Assembly (NCBI RefSeq): GCF_009914755.1
Contig: NC_060933.1
Strand: one strand, 5' to 3'
Length of the DNA: 64,000 nucleotides
Origin: the human T2T-CHM13v2.0 reference genome, Homo sapiens
The notes below the pieces were generated by a model. That model saw only the letters and a list, made by a program, of their open reading frames with translations. It was not told the origin of the DNA and did no database searches. The translations under genes were made by a program, and so were the position numbers. Numbering within the stretch: the stretch's first letter is position 1; every line of letters begins with the position of its first letter. Positions 14,301-27,010 of the stretch are shown here, piece by piece.

Positions 14301-16511
14301 GGGGAATGGAATGGAATGGAATGCAATGGAATGGAATCTTCCGGAATGGAATGGAATGGACTGGAATGGAATGAAATGCAATGGATTCAACTCGATTGCA
14401 ATGGAATGGAATAGAATGGAATGGAATGGAATTGAATGGAATTAATTCGAATAGAATGGAATGGAATGGAATGGAACGGAATGGAACGGAATGGAATGGA
14501 ATGGAATGCAATGGAATGGTATGGAATGGAATGCAATGGTACAGAATAGAATGGAATGGAACGAATTGTAATGGAATGGAGTTGAATGGAATGGAATGGA
14601 ATGGAATGGAATCAACGCGAGTGCAGGGGAATGTAATGGAACGGAATGCAATGGAATGGAATCATCCGGAATGGAATGGAATGGAATGGAATATAATGGA
14701 ATGGAATGGAATCAACCCGAGTGCAATGGAATGGAGTGGAATGGAATGGAATGGAATGGAACAACCCGAATGGAATGGAATGGAATGGAGAGTAAGGGAG
14801 TTGAATAGAATCAATCCGAATGTAATGGAATGGAATGCAACGGAGTGGAATGGAATGGAATGGAATGGAATGGAGTGCAATGGAATTGAATCAACCCGAG
14901 TACAATGGAATGGAATGGAATGGAATGGAATGGAATGGAATGATGCGGAATAGAATGGAATGGAACGAAATGGAATGGAATGGAATGGAATGGAATGGAA
15001 TCGTTCTGAGTGGAATAGGAGGGAATGTATTCGAGTGGAATGGAAAGGAATGGAAAAAACCTGAGAGGAATGGAAGGGAATGGAATGGAATGGAAACTAA
15101 TAGAATGGAATCAACCCGAGAGGAATGAAATGGAAAGGACTGGAATGGAATGGAATGGAATGGAATCAACTCGACTGTAATGGAATGGAATGGAATGGAA
15201 TGGAATGGAATGGAATGGAATGGAATTAACCCGAATACAATGCAATGGAATGGAATGGAACGGAATGGAGTGGAATCGAATGGAATCAACCCGAGTGCAG
15301 GGGAATGGAATGGAATGGAATGCAATGAAATGGAATCATCCGGAATGGAATGGAATGGAATGGAATGCAAAGCAATGGAATCAACTCGATTGCAATGGAA
15401 TGGAATGGAATGGAAAGGAATACATTGGAATCAACCCGAGTGGAATGGAATGGAAAGGACTGGAATGGAGTGGAATGGAATGGAATGGAATGGAATGGAA
15501 TCAACTCGATTGGAATGGAATGGAATGGAATGGAATGGAATGGAATGGAATGGAATTAATCCGAATAGAATGGAATGGAATGGAATGGAACGGAACGGAA
15601 TGGAATGGAATGGAATGGAATGGAATGGAATGGAATGGAAACAACCCGACTGCAGGGGAATGGAATGGAATGGAATGCAATGGAATGGATTCAACTTGAA
15701 TGGAATGGAAAGAATGGAATCAACACGAGTGGAATGGCATGGATTGGAATGGAATGGAATGGAATCAACCCGAGTACAGGGGAATGGAATGGAATGGAAT
15801 GCAACGGAATTTAATCATCCGTAATGGAATGGAAAGGAATGGAATGGAATGGAATGGAATGGAATGGAATGGAATCAACTCGATTGCAATCGAATGGAAT
15901 GGAATGGAATTAACCCGAATAGAATGGAATGGAATGGAACGGAACGGAACGGAACGGAACGGAATGGATTGGAATGGAATGGAATGGAATGGAACGGAAC
16001 GGAACGGAATGGAATGGAATGGAATGGAATGGAATGGAATGGAATGGAATGGAATGGAATGGAATCAACACGAGTGCAGGGGAATGGAATGGAATGGAAT
16101 GGAATGGAATGGAATCTTCCGGAATGGAATGGAATGGAATGGAATGGAATAAACCCGAGTGAAATGGAATGGAGTGGAATGGAATGGAATGGAATGGAAC
16201 AACCCGAATGGAATGGAATGTAATGGAGAGTAAGGGAGTTGAATAGAATAAATCCGAATGTAATGGAATGGAATGGAACGGAATGGAATTGAATGGAATG
16301 GAATGGAATGCAATGGAATGGAATCAACCCGAGTTCAATGGAATGGAGAGGAATGGAATGGAATGGAATGGAAACTACCCGAATGGAATGGAATGGAATG
16401 GAGTGTAAGGGAATTGAATAGAATCAATCCGAATGTAATGGAATGGAATGGAACGGAATGGAATGGAATGGAATGGAATGGAACGGAATGGAATGGAATG
16501 CAATGGAATGG

Positions 16512-16670
16512 AATCAACCCGAGTGCAATCGAATGGAATCGAATGGAATGGAATGTAATGGAATGGATTCAACTTGAATGGAATGGAAAGAATGGAATCA
16601 ACACGAGTGGAATGGCATGGATTGGAATAGAATGTAATGGAATCAACCCGAGTACAGGGGAATGGAATGG
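16512..16670 (+). repeat. Module resembling the chromosome 9 satellite III clone pHuR98
   Basis: The module reads AATCAACCCGAGTGCAATCGAATGGAATCG...GATTCAACTTGAATGGAATGGAAAGAATGGAATCAACACGAGTGGAATGGCATGGATTGG...CAACCCGAGTACAGG. The resemblance rests on my recollection of that clone and its primers, not on a search. It recurs at 25710, 26583, 32776, 39094, 45602, 51800, 56023 and 62241. Confidence 0.6.
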
Positions 16671-19600
16671 AATGGAATGCAATGGAATGGAATCATCCGT
16701 AATGGAATGGAAAGGAATGGAATGGAATGGAATGGAATGGAATGGAATCAACTCGATTGCAATCGAATGAAATGGAATGGAATTAACCCGAATAGAATGG
16801 AATGGAATGGAATGGAACGGAACGGAATGGAATGGAATGGAATGGAATGGAATGGAATGGAATGGAACGGAACGGAATGGAATGAAATGGAATGGAATGG
16901 AATGGAATGGAACGGAAAGGAAGGGAATGGAATGGAATAGAATGGAATGGAATGGAATCAACGCGAGTGCAGGGGAATGGAATGGAATGGAATGCAATGG
17001 AATGGAATCTTCCGGAATGGTATGGAATGGAATGGAATGGAATGGAATGGAATGGAATGGAATCAACTCGATTGCAATGGAATGGAATAGAATGGAATGG
17101 AATGGAATTAATCCGAATAGAATGGAATGGAATGGAATGGAACGGAATGGAACGGAATGGAATGGAATGGAATGGAATGGTATGGAATGGAGTGGAATGG
17201 TACGGAATAGAATGGAATGGAACGAATTGTAATGGAATGGAATGGAATGGAATGGAATTGAATGGAATGGAATAAACGCGAGTGCAGGGAAATGTAATGG
17301 AACGGAATGCAATGGAATGGAATCATCCGGAATGGAATGGAATGGAATGGAATGGAATGGAATGGAATGGAATGGAATCAACCCGAGTGCAATGGAATGG
17401 AGTGGAATGGAATGGAATGGAATGGAACAACCCTAATGGAATGGAATGTAATGGAGAGTAAGGGAGTTGAATAGAATCAATCCGAATGTAATGGAATGGA
17501 ATGCAACGGAATGGAATGGAATGGAATGGAATGGAATGGAATGGAATGCAATGGAATTGAATCAACCCGAGTACAATGGAATGGAATGGAATGGAATGGA
17601 ATGGAATGGAATGATACGGAATAGAATGGAATGGAACGAAATGGAATGGAATGGAATGGAATGGAATGGAATGGAATGGAATGGAATGGAATGGAATCGT
17701 TCCGAGTGGAATAGGAGGGAATGTATTCGAGTGGAATGGAAAGGAATGGTATCAACCAGAGTGGAATGGAAGGGAATGGAATGGAATGGAAACTAATAGA
17801 ATGGAATCAACCCGAGTGGAATGGAATGGAAAGGACTGGAATGGAATGGAATGGAATGGAATCAACTCGATTGTAATGGAATGGAATGGAATGGAATGGA
17901 ATGGAATGGAATGGAATGGAATTAACCCGAGTACAATGGAATGGAATGGAACGGAACGGAATGGAGTGGAATGGAATGGAATCAACCCGAGTGCAGGGGA
18001 ATGGAATGGAATGGAATGCAATGGAATGGAATCATCCGGAATGGAATGGAATGGAATGGAATGCAAAGCAATGGAATCAACTCGATTACAATGGAATGGA
18101 ATGGAATGGAAGGGAATACATTGGAATCAACCCGAGTGGAATGGAATTGAAAGGACTGGAATGGAGTGGAATGGAATGGAATGGAATGGAATGGAATCAA
18201 CTCGATTGGAATGGAATGGAATGGAATGGAATGGAATGGAATTAACCCGAATAGAATGGAATGGAATGGAATGGAACGGAACGGAACGGAATGGAATGGA
18301 ATGGAATGGAATGGAATGGAATCAACCCGAATGCAGGGGAATGGAATGGAATGGAATGCAATGGAATGGATTCAACTTGAATGGAATGGAAAGAATGGAA
18401 TCAACACGAGTGGAATGGCATGGATTGGAATGGAATGGAATGGAATCAACCCGAGTACAGGGGAATGGAATGGAATGGAATGCAATGGAATGGAATCATC
18501 CGTAATGGAATGGAACGGAATGGAATGGAATGGAATGGAATGGAATAGAATGGAATGGAATCAACTCGATTGCAATGGAATGGAATGGAATGGAATGCAA
18601 TGGAATTGAATCAACCTGAGTACAATGGAATGGAATGGAATGGAATGGAATGGAATGGAATGGAATGGAATGGAATGATACGGAATAGAATGGAATGGAA
18701 CGAAATGGAATGGAATGGAATGGAATGGAATGGAATGGAATGGAATCGTTCCGAGTGGAATAGGAGGGAATGTATTCGAGTGGAATGGAAAGGAATGGTA
18801 TCAACCAGAGTGGAATGGAAGGGAATGGAATGGAATGGAAACTAATAGAATGGAATCAACCCGAGTGGAATGGAATGGAAAGGACTGGAATGGAATGGAA
18901 TGGAATGGAATCAACTCGATTGTAATGGAATGGAATGGAATGGAATGGAATGGAATTAACCCGAATAAAATGGAATGGAATGGAATGGAACGGAATGGAG
19001 TGAAATGGAATGGAATCAACCCGAGTGCAGGGGAATGGAATGGAATGGAATGCAATGGAATGGAATCATCCGAAATGGAATGGAATGGAATGGAATGCAA
19101 AGCAATGGAATCAACTCGATTGCAATGGAATGGAATGGAATGGAAAGGAATACATTGGAATCAACCCGAGTGGAATGGAATGGAAAGGACTGGAATGGAG
19201 TGGAATGGAATGGAATGGAATGGAATGGAATGGAATCAACTCGATTGGAAAGGAATGGAATGGAATGGAATGGAATTAACCCGAATAGAATGGAATGGAA
19301 TGGAATGGAACGGAACGGAATGGAATGGAATGGAATGGAATGGAATGGAATGGAATGGAATGGAATCAACCCGACTGCAGGGGAATGGAATGGAATGGAA
19401 TGCAATGGAATGGATTCAACTTGAATGGAATGGAAAGAATGGAATCAACACGAGTGGAATGGCATGGATTGGAATGGAATGCAATGGAATCAACCCGAGT
19501 ACAGGGGAATGGAATTGAATGGAATGCAATGGAATGGAATCATCCGTAATGGAATGGAATGGAAAGGAATGGAATGGAATGGAATGGAATGGAATAGAAT

Positions 19601-22600
19601 GGAATGGAATCAACTCGATTGCAATCGAATGGAATGGAATGGAATTAACCCGAATAGAATGGAATGGAATGGAATGGAACGGAACGGAACGGAATGGAAT
19701 GGATTGGAATGCAATGGAATGGAATGGAATGGAACGGAAAGGAATGGAATGGAATGGAATGGAATGGAATGGAATGGAACGGAATGGAATCAACGCGAGT
19801 GCAGGGGAATGGAATGGAATGGAATGCAATGGAATGGAATCCTCCGGAATGGAATGGAATTGAATGGAACGGAATGGAATAAACCCGAGTGCAATGGAAT
19901 GGAGTGGAATGGAATGGAATGGAATGGAACAACCCGAATGGAATGGAATGTAACGGAGAGTAAGGGAGTTGAATAGAATCAATCCAAATGTAATGGAATG
20001 GAATGGAACGGAATGGAATTGAATGGAATGGAATGGAATGCAATGGAATGGAATCAACCCGAGTGCAATGGAATGGAGAGGAATGGAATGGAATGGAATG
20101 GAAACTACCCTAATGGAATGGAATGTAATGGAGTGTAAGGGAATTGAATAGAATCAATCCGAATGTAATGGAATGGAATGGAAGGGAATGGAATGGAATG
20201 GAATGGAATGGAATGGAATGGAATGGAATGCAATGGAATGGAATCATCCGGAATGGAATGGAATGGAATGGAATGCAAAGCAATGGAATCAACTCGATTG
20301 CAATGGAATGGAATGGAATGGAAAGGAATACATTGGAATCAACCCGAGTGGAATGGAATGGAAAGGACTGGAATGGAGTGGAATGGAATGGAATGGAATG
20401 GAATGGAATCAACTCGACTGGAATGGAATGCAATGGAATGGAATGGAATTAACCCGAATAGAATGGAATGGAATGGAATGGAACGGAACGGAACGGAACG
20501 GAATGGAATGGAATGGAATGGAATGGAATGGAATGGAATCAACCCGACTGCAGGGGAATGGAATGGAATGGAATGCAATGGAATGGATTCAACTTGAATG
20601 GAATGGAAAGAATGGAATCAACACGAGTGGAATGGCATGGAATGGACTGGAATGGAATGGAATGGAATGGAATGGTACGGAATAGAATGGAAAGGAACGA
20701 AATGGAATGGAATGAAATGGAATGGAATGGAATGGAATGGAATGGAATGGAATGGAATCAACCCGAGTGCAGGGGAATGGAATGGAATTGAAGGCAATGG
20801 AATGGAATCATCCGGAATTGAATGGAATGGAATGGAATCAACTCGATTGCAATGGAATGGAATGGAATGGAATGGAATGGAATGGAATGGAATGGAATGG
20901 AATGGAATGGAATTAACCCGAATAGAATGGAATGGAATGGAATCAACTCGATTGCAATGGAATGGAATGGAATGGAATGGAATGGAATGGAATGGAATGG
21001 AATTAACCCGAATAGAATGGAATGGAATGGAATGGAATGGAAGTAAAAGGAATGGAAGGTAATGAACCCGAGTGCAGGGGAATGGAATGGAATGGAATGC
21101 AATGAAATGGAGTCATCCGGAATGGAATGGAAAGGAATGGAATGGAACCAACCCGTGTGCAATGGAATTGAAAGGAATGGAATGGAATGGAATGGAATGG
21201 AATGGAATGGAATGGAATGGATTCAACCCGAATGGAATGGAAAGGAAGGGAATCAACCCAAGTGGAATGGCATGGAATGGAATGGATTGGAATGGAATGG
21301 AATGGTACCGAATGGAATGGAATGGAATGGTACCGAATAGAATGGAATGGAACGAAATGGAATGGAATGGAATGGAATGGAATGGAATGGAATGGAGTGA
21401 ACACGTGTGCAATGGATTGGAATGGAATGGAATGGAATGGAATGGAATGGAATGGAATGGAATGGGTTCGACTCGAATGGAACGGAATGTAATGAAATCA
21501 ACCCGAGTGGAATGGCATGGAATGGAATGGAATGGAATGGAATGGAATGGAATGGAAACAACACGAGTGCAATGTAATGGAATCGAATGGAATGGAATGC
21601 AATGGATTCAACCCGAATGGAATGGAAACGAATGGAATAAAACCGAGTGGAATGGCATGGAATGGAGTCTAATGGAATGGAATGGAATGGAATGGTATGG
21701 AATAGAATGGAATGGAAAGAAATGGAATGGAATGGAATGGAATGAAATGAACCCGTGTGCAATGGAATGGAATGGAATGGAATGGATTCAACTCGAATGG
21801 AATGGAAAGGAATGGAATCAACCCGAGTGGAATGGCATGGAATGGAATGGAATGGAATGGAATTAACCCTAATAGAATGGAATGGAATGGAATGGAATGG
21901 AATGGAATGGAATGGAAGGAAATGGAATGGAATGGAATGGAATGGAATGGAATGGAATGGAAAGGAATGGTACGGAATAGAATGGAATGGAACGAAATGG
22001 AGTGGAATGGAATGGAATGGGATGGAATGGAATGGAATGGAATCAACCCGAGTGCAGGGGAATGGAATGGAATGGAAGGCAATGGAATGACATCATTCGG
22101 AATTGAATGGAATGGAATGGAATGGAATGGAATCAACTCGATTGGAATGGAATGGAATGGAATGGAATGGAATAGAATGGAATGGAATGGAAGTGAATGG
22201 AATGGAATGTAATGAAACCGAGTGCAGGGGAATGGAATGGAATGGAATGCAATGGAATGGAGTCATCCGGAATGGAACGGAATGGAATGGAATGGAATCA
22301 ACCCGAGTGCAATGGAATGGAATGGAATGGAAAGGAATGGAATGGAATGGACTCAACCCGAATGGAATTGAAAGGAATGGAATCAACCCGAGAGGAATGG
22401 CATGGAATGGAATGGAATGGAATGGAGTGGAATGGTACAGAATAGAATGTAATGGAACGAAATGGAATGGAATGGAATGGAATGGAATGGAATCATTCCG
22501 AGTGGAATAGAAGGGAATGTTTTCGAGTGGAATGAAAAGGAATGGAATCAACCAGAGTGGAATGGAATGGAATCGAGTGGAATGGAATGCAATCGAATGG

Positions 22601-25279
22601 AATGGAAAGGAATAGAATGGAATCAACCGGAGTGGAATGGAATGGAAAGGACTGGAATGGAATGGAATGGAATGCAATGGAATCAACTCGATTGCAATGA
22701 AATGGAATGGAATGGAATGGAATGGAATGGAATTAACCGGAATAGAATGGAATTGAATGGAATGGAAAGGAATGGAATGGAATAGAATGGAATGGAATGG
22801 ATTCAACTCGAATGGAATGGAAAGGAATGGAATCAACCCGAGTGGAATGGCATGGAACGGAATGGAATGGAATGGAATGGAATGGAATTAACCCTAATAG
22901 AATGGAATGGAATGGAATGGAATGGAATGGAATGGAAGGAAATGGAATGGAATGGAATGGAATGGAATGGAATGGAATGGAATGGAAGGAAATGGAATGG
23001 AATGGAATGGAATGGAATGGAATGGAATGGAATGGAATGGAAGGAAATGGAATGGAATGGAATGGAATGGAATGGAATGGAATGGAATGGTACGGAATAG
23101 AATGGAATGGAACGAAATGGAATGGAATGGAATGGAATGGAATGGAATGGAATGGAATGGAAGTGAATGGAATGGAATGTAATGAAACCGAGTGCAGGGG
23201 AATGGAATGGAATGGAATGCAATGGAATGGAGTCATCCGGAATGGAACGGAATGGAATGGAATGGAATCAACCCGAGTGCAATGGAATGGAATGGAATGG
23301 AAAGGAATGGAATGGAATGGATTCAACCCGAATGGAATGGAAAGGAATGGAATCAACCCGAGAGGAATGGCATGGAATGGAATGGAATGGAATGGAGTGG
23401 AATGGTACGGAATAGAATGTAATGGAACGAAACGGAATGGAATGGAATGGAATGGAATGGAATGGAATGGAATCATTCCGAGTGGAATAGAAGGGAATGT
23501 TTTCGAGTGGAATGAAAAGGAATGGTATCAACCAGAGTGGAATGGAATGGAATCGAATGGAATGGAAAGGAATAGAATGGAATCAACCCGAGTGGAATGG
23601 AATGGAAAGGACTGGAATGGAATGGAATGGAATGCAATGGAATCAACTCGATTGCAATGAAATGGAATGGAATGGAATGGAATGGAATGGAATGGAATGG
23701 AATGGAATAGAATGGAAAGGAATCACTCCAAGTGCAGGGGAATTTAATGGAATGGAATGCAGTGGAATGGAATCATCCGGAATGGAATGGAATGGAATGG
23801 AATGGAACGGAATGGAATGGAATCAACTCGAATTCAATGGAATGGAAAGGAATGGAATGGAATGGAATGCAATGGAATCGTACGGAATAGAATGGAATGG
23901 AACGAAATGGAATGTAATGGAATGGACTGGAATGGAATGGAATGGAATGGAACGGAATGGAATGGAATGAACCCGCGTGCAATGGAATGGAACGGAATGG
24001 AATGGAATGGAATGGAATGGAATGGAATGGGTTCAACTCGAATGGAATGGAAAGGAATGGAATCAACACGAGTGGAATGGCATGGAATGGAATGGAATTG
24101 AATGAAATGGAATGGAATGGAATGGAATGAAATGTAATGGAATGGAAAGGAATGGAATCAACACGAGTGGAATGGCATGGAATGGAATGGAATTGAATGA
24201 AATGGAATGGAATGGAATGGAATGAAATGTAATGGAATGGAATGGATTGGAATCAACCCGAGTGCAATGTAATGGAATCGAATGGAATGGAATGGAATGG
24301 ATTCAACCCGAATGGAATTAAAAGGAATGGAATATACCCGAGTGGAATGGCATGGAATGGAGTGGAATGGAATGGAATGGAATGGAATGGAATGGAATGG
24401 AATGGTACGGAATAGAATGGAATGTAACGAAATGGAATGTAAGGGAATGGAATGGAATGGAATGGAATGAACCCGTGTGCAATGGAATGGAATGGAATGG
24501 AATGGAATGGAATGGAATGGATTCAACTCTAATGGAATGGAAGGGAATGGAATCAACGCGAGTGGAATGGCATGGAATGGAATGGAATGGAATGGAATGG
24601 AAGTAAATGGAATGGAATGGAATGAACCCGAGTGCAGGGGAATGGAATGGAATGGAATGGAATGGAATGGAATGGAATGGAATTGAATGGAATGGAATGG
24701 AATGCAGTGGAATGGAATCAAACCTAGTGCAATTGAATGGAATGGAATGGAATGGAATGGAATGGAATGGATTCAACCCAAATGGAATGGAAAGCAATGG
24801 AATCAACCCGAGTGGAATGGCATGGAATGGAATGGAATGGAATGTAATGGAATGGAATGGAATGGAATGGAATGGAATGGAATGGTACGGAATAAAATGG
24901 AATGGAACGAAATGGAATGGAATGGAACGGATTAGAATGGAATCATTCCGAGTGGAATAGAAGGGAATGAATTCGAGTGGAATGGAAAGGAATGGAATCA
25001 ACCAGAGTGGAATGGAAGGGAATGGAATGGAATGGAAACTAATAAAATGGAATCAACACGAGTGGAATGGAATGGAAAAGACTGGAATGGAAAGGAATGG
25101 AATGGAATCAAGTCGATTGCAATGGAATGTAATGGAATGGAGTGGAATGGAATTAACGCGAATAGAATGGAATGGAATGGAATGGAATGGAATGGAATGG
25201 AATGGAATGGAATGGAATCAACCTGAGTGCAGGGGAATAGAATGCAATGGAATGCAATGGAATGGAATGGAATGGAATG

Positions 25280-27010
25280 GAATCAACGCGAGTGCAGGGG
25301 AATGGAATGTAATGGAATGCAATGGAATGGAATCTTCCGGAATGGAATGGAATGGAATGGAATCAACCCGAGTGCAATGGAATGGAGTGGAATGGAATGG
25401 AATGGAATTGAACAACCCGAATGCAATCGAATGTAATGGAGAGTAAGGGAGTTGAATAGAATCAATCCGAATGTAATGGAATGGAATGGAACGGAATGGA
25501 ATTGAATGGTATGGAATGGAATGCAATGGAATGGAATCAACCCGAGTGCAATGGAATGGAGAGGAATGGAATGGAAACTACCCGAATGGAATGGAATGTA
25601 ATGGAGTGTAAGGGAATTGAATAGAATCAATCTGAATGTAATGAAATGGAATGGAACGGAAAGGAATGGAATGGAATGGAATGGAATGGAATGGAATGCA
25701 ATGGAATGGAATCAACCCGAGTGCAATCGAATGGAATCGAATGTAATGGAATGCAATGGAATGGATTCAACTTGAATGGAATGGAAAGAATGGAATCAAT
25801 ACGAGAGGAATGGCATGGATTGGAATGGAATGGAATGGAATCAACCCGAGTACAGGGGAATGGAATGGAATGGAATGCAATGGAATGGAATCATCCGTAA
25901 TGTAATGGAAAGGAATGGAATGGAATGGAATGGAATGGAATGGAATGGAATGGAATGGAATCAACTCGATTGCAATCGAATGGAATGGAATGGAATTAAC
26001 CCAAATAGAATGGAATGGAATGGAATGGAATGGAACGGAAAGGAATGGAATGGAATGGAATGGAATAGAATGGAATGGAACGGAACGGAATGGAACGGAA
26101 TGGAATGGAATGGAATGGAATGGAATGGAATGGAATGGAATCAACGCGAGTGCAGGGGAATGTAATGTAATGGAATGCAATGGAATGGAATCTTCCGGAA
26201 TGGAATGGAATGGAATGGAATCAACCCGAGTGCAATGGAATGGAGTGGAATGGAATGGAATGGAATTGAACAACCCGAATGCAATCGAATGTAATGGAGA
26301 GTAAGGGAGTTGAATAGAATCAATCCGAATGTAATGGAATGGAATGGAACGGAATGGAATTGAATGGTATGGAATGGAATGCAATGGAATGGAATCAACC
26401 CGAGTGCAATGGAATGGAGAGGAATGGAATGGAAACTACCCGAATGGAATGGAATGTAATGGAGTGTAAGGGAATTGAATAGAATCAATCCGAATGTAAT
26501 GGAATGGAATGGAACGGAATGGAATGGAATGGAATGGAATGGAATGGAATGGAATGGAATGGAATGGAATACAATGGAATGGAATCAACCCGAGTGCAAT
26601 CGAATGGAATCGAAAGTAATGGAATGCAATGGAATGGATTCAACTTGAATGGAATGGAAAGAATGGAATCAATACGAGTGGAATGGCATGGATTGGAATG
26701 GAATGGAATGGAATCAACCCGAGTACAGGGGAATGGAATGGAATGGAATGCAATGGAATGGAATCATCCGTAATGTAATGGAAAGGAATGGAATGGAATG
26801 GAATGGAATGGAATGGAATGGAATGGAATCAACTCGATTGCAGTCGAATGGAATGGAATGGAATTAACCCAAATAGAATGGAATGGAATGGAATGGAATG
26901 GAACGGAAAGGAATGGAATGGAATGGAATGGAATAGAATGGAATGGAACGGAACGGAACGGAACGGAATGGAATGGAATGGAATGGAATGGAATGGAATG
27001 GAATGGAATG
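25280..27010 (+). repeat. ~860 bp tandem duplication inside one HOR unit
   Basis: The GAACAACCCGAATGCAATCG...GAGAGTAAGGGAGTTG...AAACTACCCG...TCAATACGAG block occurs twice. ORFs 25283..25630 and 26141..26488 are offset by 858. This explains the ~7.0 kb spacing of this unit. Confidence 0.9.
25329..25343. promoter_or_regulatory. Perfect heat shock element; representative of two per 6.2 kb HOR unit
   Basis: gGAAtcTTCcgGAAt. HOR pairs lie at 32390/33253, 38718/39571, 45211/46074, 51429/52277 and 55632/56495. Confidence 0.6.

Larger units (their letters stand above)
3171..20630 (+). repeat. Irregular HSat3 sub-domain built from ~1.0-1.8 kb modules with many local duplications
   Basis: Has its own marker set: GCCTTCAAACCG (3834, 4558, 6162, 9303, 10912, 13235), ATAGGAGGGAATGTATTCGAG (~4737, 6366, 9481, 11116, 13403, 15016, 17711, 18760), TGCAAAGCAATGG, AATACATTGG, CCCGACTGCAGG. 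Lacks ACATCATTCG, CACTCCAAGT, GGTACC and AAACCTAGT. Confidence 0.85.
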
